Shown here: positions 13,846-28,777 of the stretch, one piece after another
Layout: each line of letters begins with the position of its first letter
Position numbering within the stretch: position 1 is the first letter of the stretch
Assembly (NCBI RefSeq): GCF_902652985.1
Contig: NC_047017.1
Location: forward strand, 3,906,001 to 3,970,000
Origin: Pecten maximus
Lineage: Eukaryota
Reading direction: 5' to 3'
DNA: 64,000 nt
Notes under the pieces: generated by a model
What the model was told of the DNA's origin: nothing
Seen by the model: the letters and a program-made list of their open reading frames with translations, nothing else
The model's database searches: none
Made by a program: the position numbers and the translations under genes

Positions 13846-16800
13846 TAACTTGTCAATAAAATATATAGACTGTCATCATTTTTAAAAGAATTCTTTTTCA
13901 TTTCATTTAATAACCTGGTAGGTGTCATACACAGGTAGGTTATGGACATTTTAACTAGCATACTATCCTCATTGACAGAATGTGTCACCTAATTAGCAAA
14001 ACCAAACCGAAAATACCAGCAAATGAACGAAAACCTCAATTCTATATACAGGAATCCTTTGAAAATGAAAAGATCATTAGACAACATATTCCTGAAAAGT
14101 AAGAGTTGTCTGAGTCTTTGGCTTAAGCAGTAGATTATTGGTTCAATAAATCTTAAGACGGTAGATTAACAGAAAATGATCGAGAATTCCGAAAGAAGTA
14201 CTTACATACTTATATTAATCTGTCTTTCTTTGTGAAAAACAGAAAAGATGTCATGGTGAGCCATAGACACACATCATATGTCTATGTCTTAACATGACTT
14301 CATGCTCGCAGGTGACATGTTCTAAAGTCGGCAGAGAATATGTAATACCGTCGTTATATTAGTGAAAACATCAATGAGGGTAATATCAATAAATAAAATA
14401 ATAACATCCACGCATAACAATATTGGAGAGAAAACATGGAAACGAGAAGGGTTGGAATGTTAGAAGAGGGGGTTGGGTTTGGAAGGGGAGAAGGGTGGAA
14501 GTGGCGGAATATATTTCTTGGAAGAATGGAGAACATTACACTCTTAAACTCTCGTATAGTAGTGACTACTGTAAATATGGATTGCAAAACATGGATTTTT
14601 TTTATGATAAGTTACATTATACAGAATCAAAGCGTTTACTTTTAACCGAGTCTTTAATGACACCTGCCATCTCAGTTTAGGTCAAATACCATACCATCAC
14701 GTATGTTTAATGAAATATATTCCGTACTAAAAACTGATAAAGCCAGTAGATTCATAAAATCAAATAACATTTGAACCAAAAACGAAGGAACCTTTTATTT
14801 CATCGTCTGAGAGGAAACAGTTTTATTTACTATTCTAAAATTGTCTTTATGAACATGAAATTTAACTTCAGAAATTGTAAAGCATGGGTTAATTTTTAGA
14901 TATGAATATATTAAACCATATATGTTAAAATATTGAACACAAATATTGAGCTACCATGAGGATTTATAATCGAATCATAATCACCATGATTTGACGTATT
15001 ATAATGTAATACATGCAAACATTAACATGAAACGGGGAGCTAAACAAAGGCGGGGTTTGGCGATTCAGACGAAATCTTCCTATATTCAAATTTTATTACA
15101 GAACACTTACATATCAAAATCATACCATATTGAAAATTGCATTATTCCTACAAATAGTGTTGCATGGAGGAAATGAAACGGGTCTCCATTGATAGTTTCG
15201 GAAGATGTTTCATATGAATAAATCTATCAGGGTAAGTTGCGGTTATGGCCAATCATGAAGCTGTTAAACAATGTCGTAATTGGAACAACAACGGTTTTTG
15301 TTTGATTGTTGGTTTAAAAATAATTCAACTTATTTCCTGACAGTAAATATTGAAATTCATAGCTCAAGATTTATATTTCACGGAACTAACGGGTTGTTAT
15401 AACTGATACTATTGTGTTTTATTTCCCTTTTCTTATTGTAAAAGTAATCGATCAAAGTATAGTACCTACACAAAAATAAAGTAAATGTAATGAAATGTTA
15501 TTTACAGTAAGTCAAAACAGAAATTATGTATTGCTTTGTAAAATGATAATGAAACAATATTGATTGGCCAGTGTTAGATTAATCAGATAGTTGGTAAAAC
15601 ACAATACCCCATAGTGTCTCCTGACCTACTACCCTATATATTTTCACAACTGACTCATTTGTTTACAGTGATTATCGGGCGTTACGTCATAATCCATTAA
15701 ACTTTAATAATCAACATCATAAAGGTTAAGAATGACACCCAATTAAAACCAGATTTATTTTGTCATGATCATATGACTGTTTTGGTTTTTTTTCACACAT
15801 TTTGTATTTTTTAATCAGAATATCAATATATCAACAGAAAAGCTATAATGATAAAATATTATCTAATTTTATGGAGAATTTTATGACGTTAATTGTAGCA
15901 TAACCTATTACACACGGGGTGTGAAACTGTGCTGGATTTTGTCATTGCGAACAGGAGGACTCACACCCCTAACCTCATGTCCGATGTATATTCATATTTT
16001 GGCCAATGGAATGGGAAATTATGGCGATTTTCTGGTTTTTTTTTTCAATGTCTTAATATTATATTGATAAATGTACTTAGTGGTGTTAAAGCCATTGATT
16101 TGATGTAAGTAGTTCATTTCAAAAATTAATTTTATTTTAGAATGGTTTAACGTCCCGATTTTGTTTCTGCTTCTTGTATCATATCATTTCTTTTACATAT
16201 AACTTAAAATGCTACACTAATCAGTCTTGATTTGTGACATATTTGATTGGTGATAGACAAAACATATCTACTAAATATATTACGGAATAAAAAGCGGCTT
16301 ACACGTTCAAACCTGTTGCAGTGTACTGAACAGACTTAAATAACTCTGTATTTATCTTTAACATATTGTATTGTCTTTTTACAAAGGGATTAGATAGAAG
16401 TCATAGAAATTACGTCAGGACCATTTCATTTTTCATAAGTCTATATTTTATCCATATTGGTTATTTCTAGTAAAGGACATATTTGCATTTGACTTTTATT
16501 CTTAAATGCAAAAATATATATTTTATAAATACATATATTATTGTGGCAATTCATCTGAGGAATAATACGAATATCATATACGTACTAATATGTTCATTTC
16601 TATATAATTGGTTTGAATGTTAGATGTGTCATTTGCTATTCCGGGTACTTATTTGTTAAAAATTATGTCAATTTAAGAGACAGTTTAAAATGGTTTACTC
16701 TCCTACCAGATATTATTTTATTGTCCTATAAAAGATAGTTAGGATAAATCTGATTGGTTGTTAAGTAACGAGTATCAAAGATAACGTTGATATCAAAACG

Positions 16801-19800
16801 TCTTTGTGATATTTTACCTTTAAATCTTGTTTCTAAAGTATGGAAGACATGCATTAGCATTGTAACGTGCTTTGTGTTTTTGTATTTCAAAAAACATCAA
16901 ATAGACTCTACAATTCAATTGGTTACACATCTGATTAATATGTTAATTAATTCCTTTGGGAAAGCGTGTAGTACAAGGTTCTATTGAAAGATTCATAACT
17001 GAATTCGTTATCTCGTTTATGCTAATATTTCTACTTTGAATAAGAATATAGTTATTGAATTGATAGAGCAAAGCTTGCAATTTGTAGTGAAACACTGACA
17101 TATGCAATCAAATGCATAAAAAAACTCGATATATTTAAATAACTGAAGATCTTATTTGTACTTCTGAACAATGAATACATATATTGTTTTGAATTTCATG
17201 ACAATATCAAAGAAAGAATCAAAGTATCAGAAAAGGTATATGGAAAAAAGCAAATCGCGACTATGGTAAGAGTATGGTTAGTGAAAAACTGATGGGCGGA
17301 AGAATGGCAAAAAATGAAAGAAATCAGGAAAGACATTTAAAGTGGAGCCATGATTGCTGAATGTTTTCGTAGAGGTAAACTGAAATGATAATCAGTTTAT
17401 AATACATAATTGGCGAATGCATCTTAAAAGATAAATAATGCAAATCCATTGTTCATCATTAGTACACACTAAATCATTTCCTAAGCGTTGTTCGTTGATT
17501 TCTCAAAATTGCAGTTGTATGGCATTTGGGAAAAATCATTTTCTGTAATTAAGATAAGATGGTTGCGATTTACATTTTATTTTATGAAAAATGGAAATGG
17601 AAAATATGCAACGACTAAATTAGTATGTTTATGGATTGGATTGATTTCTTCATTCGGAAAAAAAAACTTTCTTCTTATTATTACTGTTTTTTGTTGTTGT
17701 TTTCTATGTGTTTTGTGGTTTTTTTTGCTTTTTTTATTTATCTGTTTATTTATTCATGTTCAATGAAATGGATGACAAAAGGTTTGCGCATCAAACAATA
17801 GACATTGGAAATTCACGTGCTGTAAAGAAAGTAATGATTTATGAAATCTACGTTCTAGAAATCGAAACCCAAACAGAGTGAATCGATATTATTTTTTCAA
17901 AATTAAAATTAGATGAGTACCATGAAAAATCTAACTTCCTCAAAATAACATTTTAGCAATTTTTCTTTTTCGAAGAAGACGAAAACACATTTCTAGAAAA
18001 TATAAATATTATTAATGTTGTATTTATTTCTAAATTATTTTTAATTCAAAATTATAATCATTAAACATTAATTATCTTATCGTGCTGATTTTTTCGTAAA
18101 ATAGCAAGTACAGTTCTGTACAATATACCACTAGATTTAATTACACATATCCATCTCCCAACAGAATACTAAAGTATATTCAATGTTATGTCCATCATAG
18201 CCAATCTGTTGTAGGTATGTGTGCAAATGTGTTCCGCAGATGATTGATGATATAGAAGCATTCTCCTGATTGGCATGGGATTGATACAAGCTAGTTTCAT
18301 GGAGATTACTCATTAACGGGATGATGAATATCATACCGAGAAACGAGACCATTTTTATCCACTTCCGAGATGTTAGCGTCTTGTGTGGTATACTTGTTTA
18401 AAAAAAACTTCTAACACTTAAACCTCTCTAACTTATCTGAAGTGCACGTGCTTTTTTAAGCGTTAAGAGGAGCAAGAGTGTGGGCTAGAAGCAATTACAC
18501 ATTAATGATATCGACAATTGCAATGAACCTCGCCTACGATACTGAATTAACGTATTTATCTAATGATAAGAATCTCTTTTGAATACATAATTGACTGATT
18601 TTTACTGGTCTGAGAGCTGACCAGCACATCCTTTGAACATATGATAATTACTTGAAATATGCACTATTAAATTGGTTCCTCAATTCTCTGCATTTAATTG
18701 TCTACTTCAATATATATCCTGCATAAGCCCTTAATGAATTAACGATGCATCTCTCGACATAACGGTACATAGTGCCGTACGTGAATTCCTAATGGAAATA
18801 TGTTAAATGATTCAGAATAACAGGATGATATTTATCATGATCTGTGATTTTTTCTTGTCATTCAATACACAGACAGGAAACGGTGGAAGACGTTTGATAC
18901 ACCACCTATATCTGAGTTCCTCAGAGTTCCTCCTGGGCATACGTGTTGGGTGATAATCCCTCGTAAAAGCTTCTGTTTTCGTACAACTGACATCAAGCCT
19001 GGGAGTAAATATCAACTTCTTTACCTAAAAAAACATATGGTACACTATGTCAGTACATCAACGTGTTGGGTGGTATCTTTCCGAGGCCCCTTTTCCCTGA
19101 TCACGGTGTGTGGCAACGAAATAAAAACTCAAATCTTTATGTGAAAAATTATCATGCGAACGTAGAATGTTCCTCCCAATTTGTTTCTTCATTTTTGGGA
19201 ATTTCTTGTCTCATTTCTGCGATGGGGTAGTATAGGTAGAGTATTTAGTTAGATAAAGCGGTGTTGATGTAGCTACTTTATACGTATTAAGATATAAAAA
19301 CTGTTGTGTGTTTGTATAATTGTATATCTAAGATATTAGATAGTGTTTTTTCAAAGGCTACGGGGTTGAATTGAGTACCTGAAAGTAGCCCTACATTCAG
19401 ACTCCTTGTCATACTGATATTATCATGTCACTAAACCGCTCAGTGTACGGAGGAATTCGGAAAAGTGGAGATCCCCCATATTTTATTATACCATTGTCCA
19501 AAACTGCGAAATAAATACAGATATTAAATATGAAACGAGCGATATTTAATATGCAGATGTGATAAAATCAAAAATGTTATAAGTGATAAGATATCTAGCA
19601 GTGATAATGATCATAGCAATAAATTGATGCTTTTAAACTTGTTCTGATAAAATATGGGTTTGAGAAATGCGAATAAAAAGTATTGATATGTTAATACTGT
19701 CAATGATAAAGAAATTCTTTATATTTCATAAATATGACATATTTTTTATCAAAAAAATGGAAATGAAAATTATACAAGGACTTATTTCATTCAACTCTGT

Positions 19801-22698
19801 CATTCGAATGAAACATTCCGAAAGGAGATATGCATACAAGACGTCCGTAGGCTCTTAGGTAAGTTATTGTTAACTTATTCGTTAACAAAAATTTCAATTT
19901 AGAATTACAAATTATGTATTTTGTGAATGGGGATGGTTAAAATTGGACAAATATTCGCTATCTATCTATCTGATCGCAGCCGAGTAAATGATCAATATGT
20001 ATACTTAGTCATTAAAAGTTAATTACCGAAACACAATTTGAAAAGAAAAATGATATAAATAACACCGATTATAACAGAAGATCCGTTCTTATGAAATAAA
20101 ATCAACAAGTTAAATGTTATTACGAAATATAAACCTATTTTTATATTTATTTCTGTAAATTCAAAGCAATTTACATTTGTTTCATAACCGCAACTTATTT
20201 CATAAGTTAAACAACTACATAGAGAATTATGGATTTTGAAAAATTTCAACTTAGAATGAAGGCTTCATGTATTTTGACAACTCTTTCCGTGACCCCTCTA
20301 ATTGAAAATTTTTCCGTGTAGTCAAAGGAATCCGTGCCCCTTTGATAAAAGGACGATCACGGACTTTTTGCATTCCATGTCGCGTGCTCTAGGAAAGGTT
20401 TTGTGATGTCCCGATATTTTCTCAAAAGTTTTTGAAGTTCTCATTCCTCCACAGATATGTTTTATTACGTAAAACATAAAGAATGTTGCTCCCTTTGAAA
20501 CGTATAAATAATCTTCAAAAGCAATTGGATATCATCTTGGAATATTCACACAAATTGAATCAATTTTAAATCAGAAATATGCTAATTTTGTTCCGAATAC
20601 GTAAGTGCCTTTCCTGCATTGCAGGTGGTTTATTTTGTATCATAAAATAATCTCATAACAAATCATTTTTCAATATCAGGATGCATACCTCTTAGTAATT
20701 ACATATTTTAAAGAAATATTAGATTTGCATTCTTTCGTTCCACAAGTGATGAAAATGTTCTCAAACAGATAAATAAAAATCACAGTTTGAACTGTTAACT
20801 GTCTGCGAACTCTTATTCTTTCAGCATGATATCTTACACTCAATAAATTATTACCAAAAATGCCAATTGATAACTACAGAAAAACATGCCTATAAAATAG
20901 ATATACTCACAACAATATCGTTTCAAAATCCTAATAGTTTCTTGTATAATGTGATTATAAATCCAAGCGAAAATATACGTTTGTCTTGACTCCGTACGAT
21001 CTGTTTTAATTATGCCGACAGAAATTAACCATTAAGGCCTTTGGGTGTCTGAGGTTGATATTTTTAATAAAAGCAAAATGAAACATAGAGATGGTATCTC
21101 TACTGTAATGATTTCGATAGGCATCGTCCATATATTGGGACCTAGATGTCATTTTTCACACTAACATGATTCAACATCTGGCATGCTCTTAAATTGCGTT
21201 TACTTCATACAGTACGTGGACGGCGGTTAATTGCTGTGAAGGTAAATATTATATTTCCTTTCTATATATTTCGTACAGAAAGAACTTATTAAGCTAATTT
21301 CTAAGGTTCCACACAAAAATTGATAAAACATTCTTACATTCATTTTATTTCAATCCATTTTGTACAGGTTATTATAGAAAAAAAATGTTATGCGAATGCT
21401 TATCCAGAATTAAAATGTAAGCTTGTAAAGAGTTAAATCTTGTCAATCGCTTTTATGTAAAACGGAATTATTCAACTTTTTCTAGGAGATTTTTGTTTAA
21501 GCGATTTTACCTTTCATATCGTTTGAAAGTTTCGTTACAATTTTAATTAAAATTTAGACGTATTCGGCTGTTTCTTTAAACTACGTTGAGATTCATTGCA
21601 GAAAATCTAAATAATTGTAAAATATGATATCAATATCTCCAGAATTATTTGCTTATACATTTAATATTGGTGATATTAATATTAAGCATATGTTAATCTA
21701 CTAAGTCATGCTTTGCGAAATTTCCCAATTCATCCTAACTTGTTTAAAATCCGACAGAAAGATACGTTTTTGAAGTAATGTTAAGTTTCAGATAAAGATA
21801 CATTTTCACATACAAATGTTGAGGCTTCAATGGAATTATTTCCTTAAAAAGACAATATATGCATAAGACAATGTATTATAGATTTTAATTTCGGTTTGTG
21901 ATCACAGCTCAAAATGTAAAGTTGAATTTAATGTAATGTAATTAGCAATGAATTCAAATCATGATGTTCACGTCAATCTAAATATATAGGTGTCCGATTT
22001 ATATAAGTGTCTTGACTCTCGCTTCTGATTTCATTTTGTATAATTCATATGTTGTATATATATCGTTAAATGGAAATTGATAAATAAAACTCAGTTTAAA
22101 CTAAAATGAACTCGAAATTGTACCAAAGCAAATCTATCCAATTGACACAGCGAGATATTTTTCGCTAATTTATATGTTGTTGTTTTTTTTTCAGTTTGTG
22201 GCTGTCCAATTTAGAATAAACTTAATTATTGAAGTATTTCCAACGTGCGCGTCAAGACACTAACTAACAAATATATATTTGATTACACATAATTGATTTA
22301 TCAGAAAATGCACTCTGACCTACAGATAACATCTATACTGATCGCTTTGGCAAGTTGTATATATGTTTAAAATGTCGGAATTCAAGAACAAACAGTATGA
22401 AGCCACTTTCTCTGCGAACCAACCTCATGTGTGTCAAATAACTGCACAGCCATGTATGTTTTGTAATTCAATAGTTCTTTGGATTTTTGCGGTTATTCGT
22501 TCGGTTCTGTTTTGTTTTGTCTAGAAAAAAACTTAAATACGTCTGTTTTATTAAAGGATGTTGAGTTTTTGGCTTTGGGCATATACACTGGTTTATTTCA
22601 ATGTAACCCACACAAACCATTTTGTCGCCACCCGCAAAAAGAAACATTTTGATGTTCTCAATTTCAATAAGCAATTAAAATATAGATCTGCTGTATTG

Positions 22699-22730
<32 letters not shown>

Positions 22731-25689
22731 ACATAAAGTAAAACATATTGATATTTCTGGAACAAAACATTTAAAAAAAAATAGATGCAGGTTTTTAAAT
22801 GTAGAAAATTCAAAAATAAAACAAAATAAAAACAGAACAAAAACGATGAAATAAACATTATACTACATTTATTATAGTGAATCGGAATATGCAAATCGAC
22901 AATATATGTAGTGTATATGTAATAATATTCAGTTTACCGTCAAATCCGGAAAACCGATAGTAACGTAAGTCTTGTATGTAGCAAAGTATACCTTTTATAT
23001 ACCAAAATCCCGACAATACGACGGCTATGATTCATAAGTGATTTTTAACATGATCCTTTAATATTAATCTAGCCAATGAAACCCAAATAATGTCGTCTGC
23101 TTGTCGAGTGTATGACAATGTATTTAGTGTCAAGCATGGCCACACTTGACAACCTCTGAAAAGCGGAAAAAACTTCTAAATCTGCTGGGAAAGATCTGAT
23201 TGGTTACATCGCCTCAAGCAAGATGGATAGCCATACACATTTTCTACATTTGATGCTTAAATTTATTGAGCTATAGAAAACACTATTCCATTAATTTAAT
23301 TGCTTTGACAGTTGTGAATTAAGATAACGAGCGATTTCCTTTTCACGTGATTTTTTTCAAGTGATGTTTGCCGATTTAGCCATTTGTATTTTGAATTAAA
23401 CATACATTACACTAAAGTGTAGTTTATATCGCTCTATTGATGTTATACTTTAAATATTGAATTTTAATTGGTCAATAATTAACCTCTACTACCTATCCAA
23501 GTATATACACGTATCACATGAAACTGTACCAATGGTATCCATATCAATGTGCATTGCGATGCAGGAATTCAGCCGATTCAGCCGATTTTCACTTTATACA
23601 TGACGGAAGTATATAGCCGATAATTTGTCATATATACTACAAAACCGTGATTAAAGATGGCAGTAGTAAAATAATTGGTAGCAGTAAGGTTTAAAAAAGT
23701 TTTTTTAATAATCTGGTTTTTTTTTCATTATCATAATACGAACTTCAGTGACTATTTTTATCTTTCCAATAAACGGTAGGCTCGATATGATATCGAATAG
23801 TGATAGGTTGACAAATACGCGTTTTAGATAAATAAACGGAGATAGCTTTATCTTAATTAAATAAAATCTGTATCAAAATTTAAATAAAGTTAGAATATCC
23901 TATCACTTACTATTCTTCACATTCTATGTCACAGATATTAAGTTTACTTACAGCTATATACTTAGAACTCACTATTTTATAGAGACTTGCAGTAATAAAA
24001 ATTGTATTGAATGTATTCCTGAGTTTTTGCATTATTAAGAAAGATAAATGTGCATATGTAAACACAAAATATAGAAACATAGAATTGGAACAGTTCAAAG
24101 TTAATGTAAATATACTATCAGACGTAATTCTGCCCTTATTCTGTCGTCTTTGATTGCAAATGTTTCTTTAGATATCGCCATATTTTAACTACGTTATATA
24201 AAGTAATATGCGCTTATTCAACAGATATGTTGCCTAGTGTCTCACCAAAATACATGTTTTATTTTTTCCAGTCCATAATTTCATGTATGCAAATTAGGTG
24301 TTAATAAAGACTTCTTAAATGGTTAATAGAGGCCTCTGATATGACCAAATGCCATTCGATATTGACAGGACATTTCATTTTATAGAAACAAAACCTAATG
24401 TGACAACAATTTGATATACTATATATGAACTATGTGTATGGTTAACTGTATATCATTTCATTAAACATTTAGATGAACAGTATATAATGTTTGTATACTA
24501 TACAGCGAAACTGATGTATATAATTCCATTTTCACCCAATACACTACTTGTCAGCATAACTCGCTTTCCATTGATGTTCAGCGTCTAATTTTTATCACGT
24601 TGACTAAAGCCCGGGTTATCTACTGAGACATGCCAGTTTGGTCAGCTGTTTTATATCAAAAGCTCATCACAACCCTAATCCTCACGTGACCAATATCTTA
24701 TGAGATACCAGAGACCATTTTATGTTTCATTCGGGCAGCTCTGTATCCATGGGCCCTCTTGGAACTGTAAAACACAAGAATACACATCAAAGGCGTCATT
24801 TTAGATACAAAAAGAAGTATATTTACCACGTAATTGTCGTATATTTTCTCACGTGGTACCCCGACATAGTTATGTTTACAACTTTCCAATGGTGTTTAAA
24901 AACATCTGGAACAACAATAGGGAAAATACCATTACAGGTACTTGAGCGCTAATTTGACTTAGCATGGCTATGTAAACTTGAGTTTTTTCATCTTTGATAA
25001 TTGCTTCTGATATCGAAGCGGACCACCTCAACGGGTTGACCTTACCTAGCTAGGGAGCAGTTCCTATGTCTGGTCTATGTGTAAACACGGAAGGTGTTAA
25101 CAGAAGATTTGTACTTGACTCTTCACTTACAAAGAAACTACAATCTATTTGATGTCAATATTTAAGTGGTCCCATACATATTGGTGATCCGAGTAGGGTC
25201 ACAATGAAGAGGGGGAAGCATCAAAAGATCAGGAACGTTTTCCCAAAGAAAACGGAAAGCTCATTTCCATGTGAAGATTAGTTAAAGAGATACATTGTGC
25301 AGATGATATGGAAGAAATTCGTCGGCAAATTTATCTATCCGTTTTGAATTTTGGGGAAGGTTATAGCTGTGAAGTGGTGGCAGAGGGTGTGTTTAAACTC
25401 GGTGTAACTTCCACTAGGGATGTTCTTTAGCAATATCCCTGGTTTGGCACATCAAGACCAACAAATGTTAATGTCATTATGTTTAAGTTCCTCTCTACAA
25501 ATGCACTCAAACACATTTACATCAATGTCATTCGGTGTGTCAATCCATTAACAAACAGAAAATTCATTGCTTTAAAGCAACACATTTTATCTTATTTTTT
25601 TCTAATAATCATTTTCTGTACAATATCGTTTTGTTACAAATTTTTACTGAAAATTTGATCTCAAGATCCGATGGGTTGCACGTTATGTA

Positions 25690-26053
25690 TTTCATCATAA
25701 CCCTTTGGTTATTATTTTTAATATATTTCATGTTGTGGATGTATAACACAAAAAGAAGTGTACTCTAAATAAACCCGAGCCGGTTTATGATGATTCGCGG
25801 TTAATAATGAGAATACACTCCATTTGTTTCCATAACATAAAAATATTTTCGAGTTAATCCTTCAAATCTAATCTAAAAAGAATTCTGCAAAAATTCCGTT
25901 TTTGGTGGACTCTTTTCTGTTATAAATCATTACGCTGCTTAATCCGCCAATCAAAAGCGGCGTTATAAACGGCGACGTCATGTTTTACGTTATGGGCTGA
26001 TAGCATAAATTTCTAGCCAATGACAATAGCTGTTACAAACAAGATTGAATTAT
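25690..26053. mobile_element. Degenerate palindrome-containing non-autonomous DNA element (possibly Crypton-related)
   Basis: Inverted catcataacc/ggtttatgatg, a ttcgcg hairpin remnant, and a terminal ...gccaatgacaatagctgttacaaacaagattgaattata. Confidence 0.35.
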
Positions 26054-26764
26054 ATTTCACGCATTTACCAAATTTTACATCTAAACAATCGGTTCATTTC
26101 ACATACAATCAATTTTGATACATTGTTCATTGTTCATGGTTCAGCATGAGTAGAGGTAGCCTATATTGGAAAACTTAGAGTTCAAATCTTCCAGTTTCAA
26201 AATAATTTTCTTTGAATGTTGTCAAAACAATTGAAATCGTTTTAATGGAATTCAAACTACAGTAAACGGTAAATCATGATACTCTATTACATATAACTTA
26301 TTGACATAACTATATAATTCTAGAAATCAGGGAGAGCTTAGAAAGCAAGTTCCTATTTCAGCAAATATATATCTCATGTCAAACTCTTGAAGATGAAAGG
26401 ATTTTATTTCTTGTATCATTATTATCTATCTATTGAAACATCTTTTGTTCTTTAGTACATTTTGGTTTTAAGATAAGTTTATTGATGATATCAAGATTAA
26501 AAACAAGCTAATTAACATGTATCCATATACATATAAATGTATTTATAATCAGTACATATCGGATAAATGGAGACGAAATCAGTTACGTTGATCTTTCCAT
26601 TACCGGGTGTATATAAAGCGGAAATGTACTTTTCATAAAATCAATTGAAATTGAAATTGATTTTGTTATGTATTCTTCAAATTTATTTCAAAATGAAATT
26701 GCATCATAACAGAATGTAAAAAAAAGTCATCAAGATCTGTATTGTATCATGAACTGATTTTATG

Positions 26765-27195
26765 ATTAACAAAACATATAATAGAATATGTCAATTCTAA
26801 TCACAGTCTATCTTCAAATATGGACTTACATCATCATTAACAAAACATTTAATAGAATTGTCAATTTCAATCAAAATATGTCTTGAAATATGAGCTTACT
26901 TAGAATATGTCAATTTTAATCAAAATCTGTCTTAAAATATGAACTTGCATCATCATTAACAAAACATATAATAGAAGATGTCAATTCTAATCAAATTCTA
27001 TTTTGAAATGTGAACTTACATTATCATTACTAAAACATGTAATAGAATATGTCAATTTTAATCAAATTCTATTTTAAAATATGAACTTACATCATCATTA
27101 ACAAAACATATACAAAAAGTGTAATAGAATATGTCAATTTTGATCAAAATCTGTCTTGAAATATGAACTTATATTATCATAAACAAAACATATAA
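26765..27195. repeat. ~71-bp tandem repeat, about 6 units
   Basis: Unit aatagaatatgtcaattttaatcaaaatctgtcttgaaatatgaacttacatcatcattaacaaaacatat. Confidence 0.9.
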
Positions 27196-28071
27196 GCATG
27201 TTTCTGGAACATATCTGTAAACAATAGCACAACTGTGCAAACATTTCCAAAGCATAGCAAAGGTTGAATGAAGTTTTAACACATATGACTCAAATAAAGA
27301 ACGTCTGTATTGGACACACAAAGCGACCATCAGGAGAAATCCGAGTTTTACAAATCTGGGAGGGGAATACGGTATCAACACTTCCATATCGACAATGGTA
27401 TCAGCTAAACCCACCATATAATTACTGTATTGTTGTGAAGAACTTAGACTTCACTAATCTGATTTTTTTTTTCAATATTTGACACAAAAGCTGCCGTTCT
27501 AAAACTACAGTTAAAGTCGGAATCTATGGAAATCTAAGCTTTTATAACTTGTAATTACATCGTATTGAAACTGCTTATTTTCCATCGATATTAAAGTTAT
27601 TCGAGTGAGGAACCCATCATTTTTCATCAAACATTGTTGTAATATATAATTATCGAGCACATTGTATCTGCAGCTGAAGTTCTAGCGGGCACCCCTACCA
27701 CACGGGCGGTGTGATATTGTCTAGCCGTCAATACGCTTTAAGGACTCTGACCTACCCACCCTTTTATTCGCTAGCTATTTCATTCCAATTTCGACAGTAT
27801 GTTAAGAATGACGAAATGTTCTAATGATACATTACCCTTGGTTGGGACGAAGTGGGCGATTCGGAATGGTGACAGTTATTGCCTATACGGCTACCAATGA
27901 GCTTGATACTGGGCCCTTGCACTCTCTTTAACTCCTTTTCGTTTACAACGAATATGTCTTCGCCATATAATGTTCTTCTCGAGTTCGTGCGATCGGAGTT
28001 TATCAAGTATGTTGACATTACCCCGTTGTAGTAACTTGATTATGTGAGCTATACCTTCACATTCACGTTTA

Positions 28072-28481
28072 CTGCAATGTACTTTCGCAAATATCTTTTA
28101 TCTACTTCTCAAATTTCGTATTATAACCAGTACAAGTTCCCTATCTCGTCTAACATGATGCCAGATTTATCCTAAATTGAATATTATTGAAGTCGTAACA
28201 ATGATCAGTCATGATCCCTGTTGGAATACTGCCTGACAAAAAAATCTTAAGAACCTCAGTTTGCCAAAATAACAATGGCCGCCGAAGTCCCTCGTTGGAT
28301 TACGAGAGTTTAATATATCATAGTGAATTATTGCTACATATCCCGCCATGAATTGATCTGGCAAAATATTTTGATAATTACATTTCGCGAAGCAGAACCA
28401 GTGTCAGTTATATATTTTTGAAGTAACAGTTTCGCCCCAAAAGCGAAAATAACTTTCTCGCGAAACTGAAATAATTTGCAG
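28072..28481. mobile_element. TA-flanked MITE-like element
   Basis: ta|ctgcaatgtactttcgc ... cgcgaaactgaaataatttgcag|ta. Confidence 0.5.
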
Positions 28482-28639
28482 TAGATGGCATTTTCTTTGT
28501 TGTCTTCCTGCTTATTATATACTCATTATATATCATATTCTAAGAATTGAAATCCATACATCACATTTAATGGGTCGCTTACCTTGGTTTATTTGTTTTA
28601 TCGTCTACTAACAAATAGCAAGTTTCTTTAGTAATTTTA

Positions 28640-28777
28640 AATATATTTCACGTGTGTGACAAATATTTGGTACAAGTATAGTTCACGCGTGTGACTTATA
28701 TTTGGTACAAATATATTTCACGAGTGTGGCTTGTATTTGGTACAGGTATATTTCGCGATTTAGTTACACGAGTGAAA
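28640..28777. repeat. ~34-bp tandem repeat (3-4 units) with cacg(a/t/c)gtg cores
   Basis: atatatttcacgtgtgtgac..atatttggtacaa repeated. Confidence 0.75.

Noticed and set aside
18850-19030. Weak Penelope-like RT-upstream motif (CQLYENRSFYEGLSPN, minus strand)
   Set aside because: Too short and stop-ridden to support without a search.
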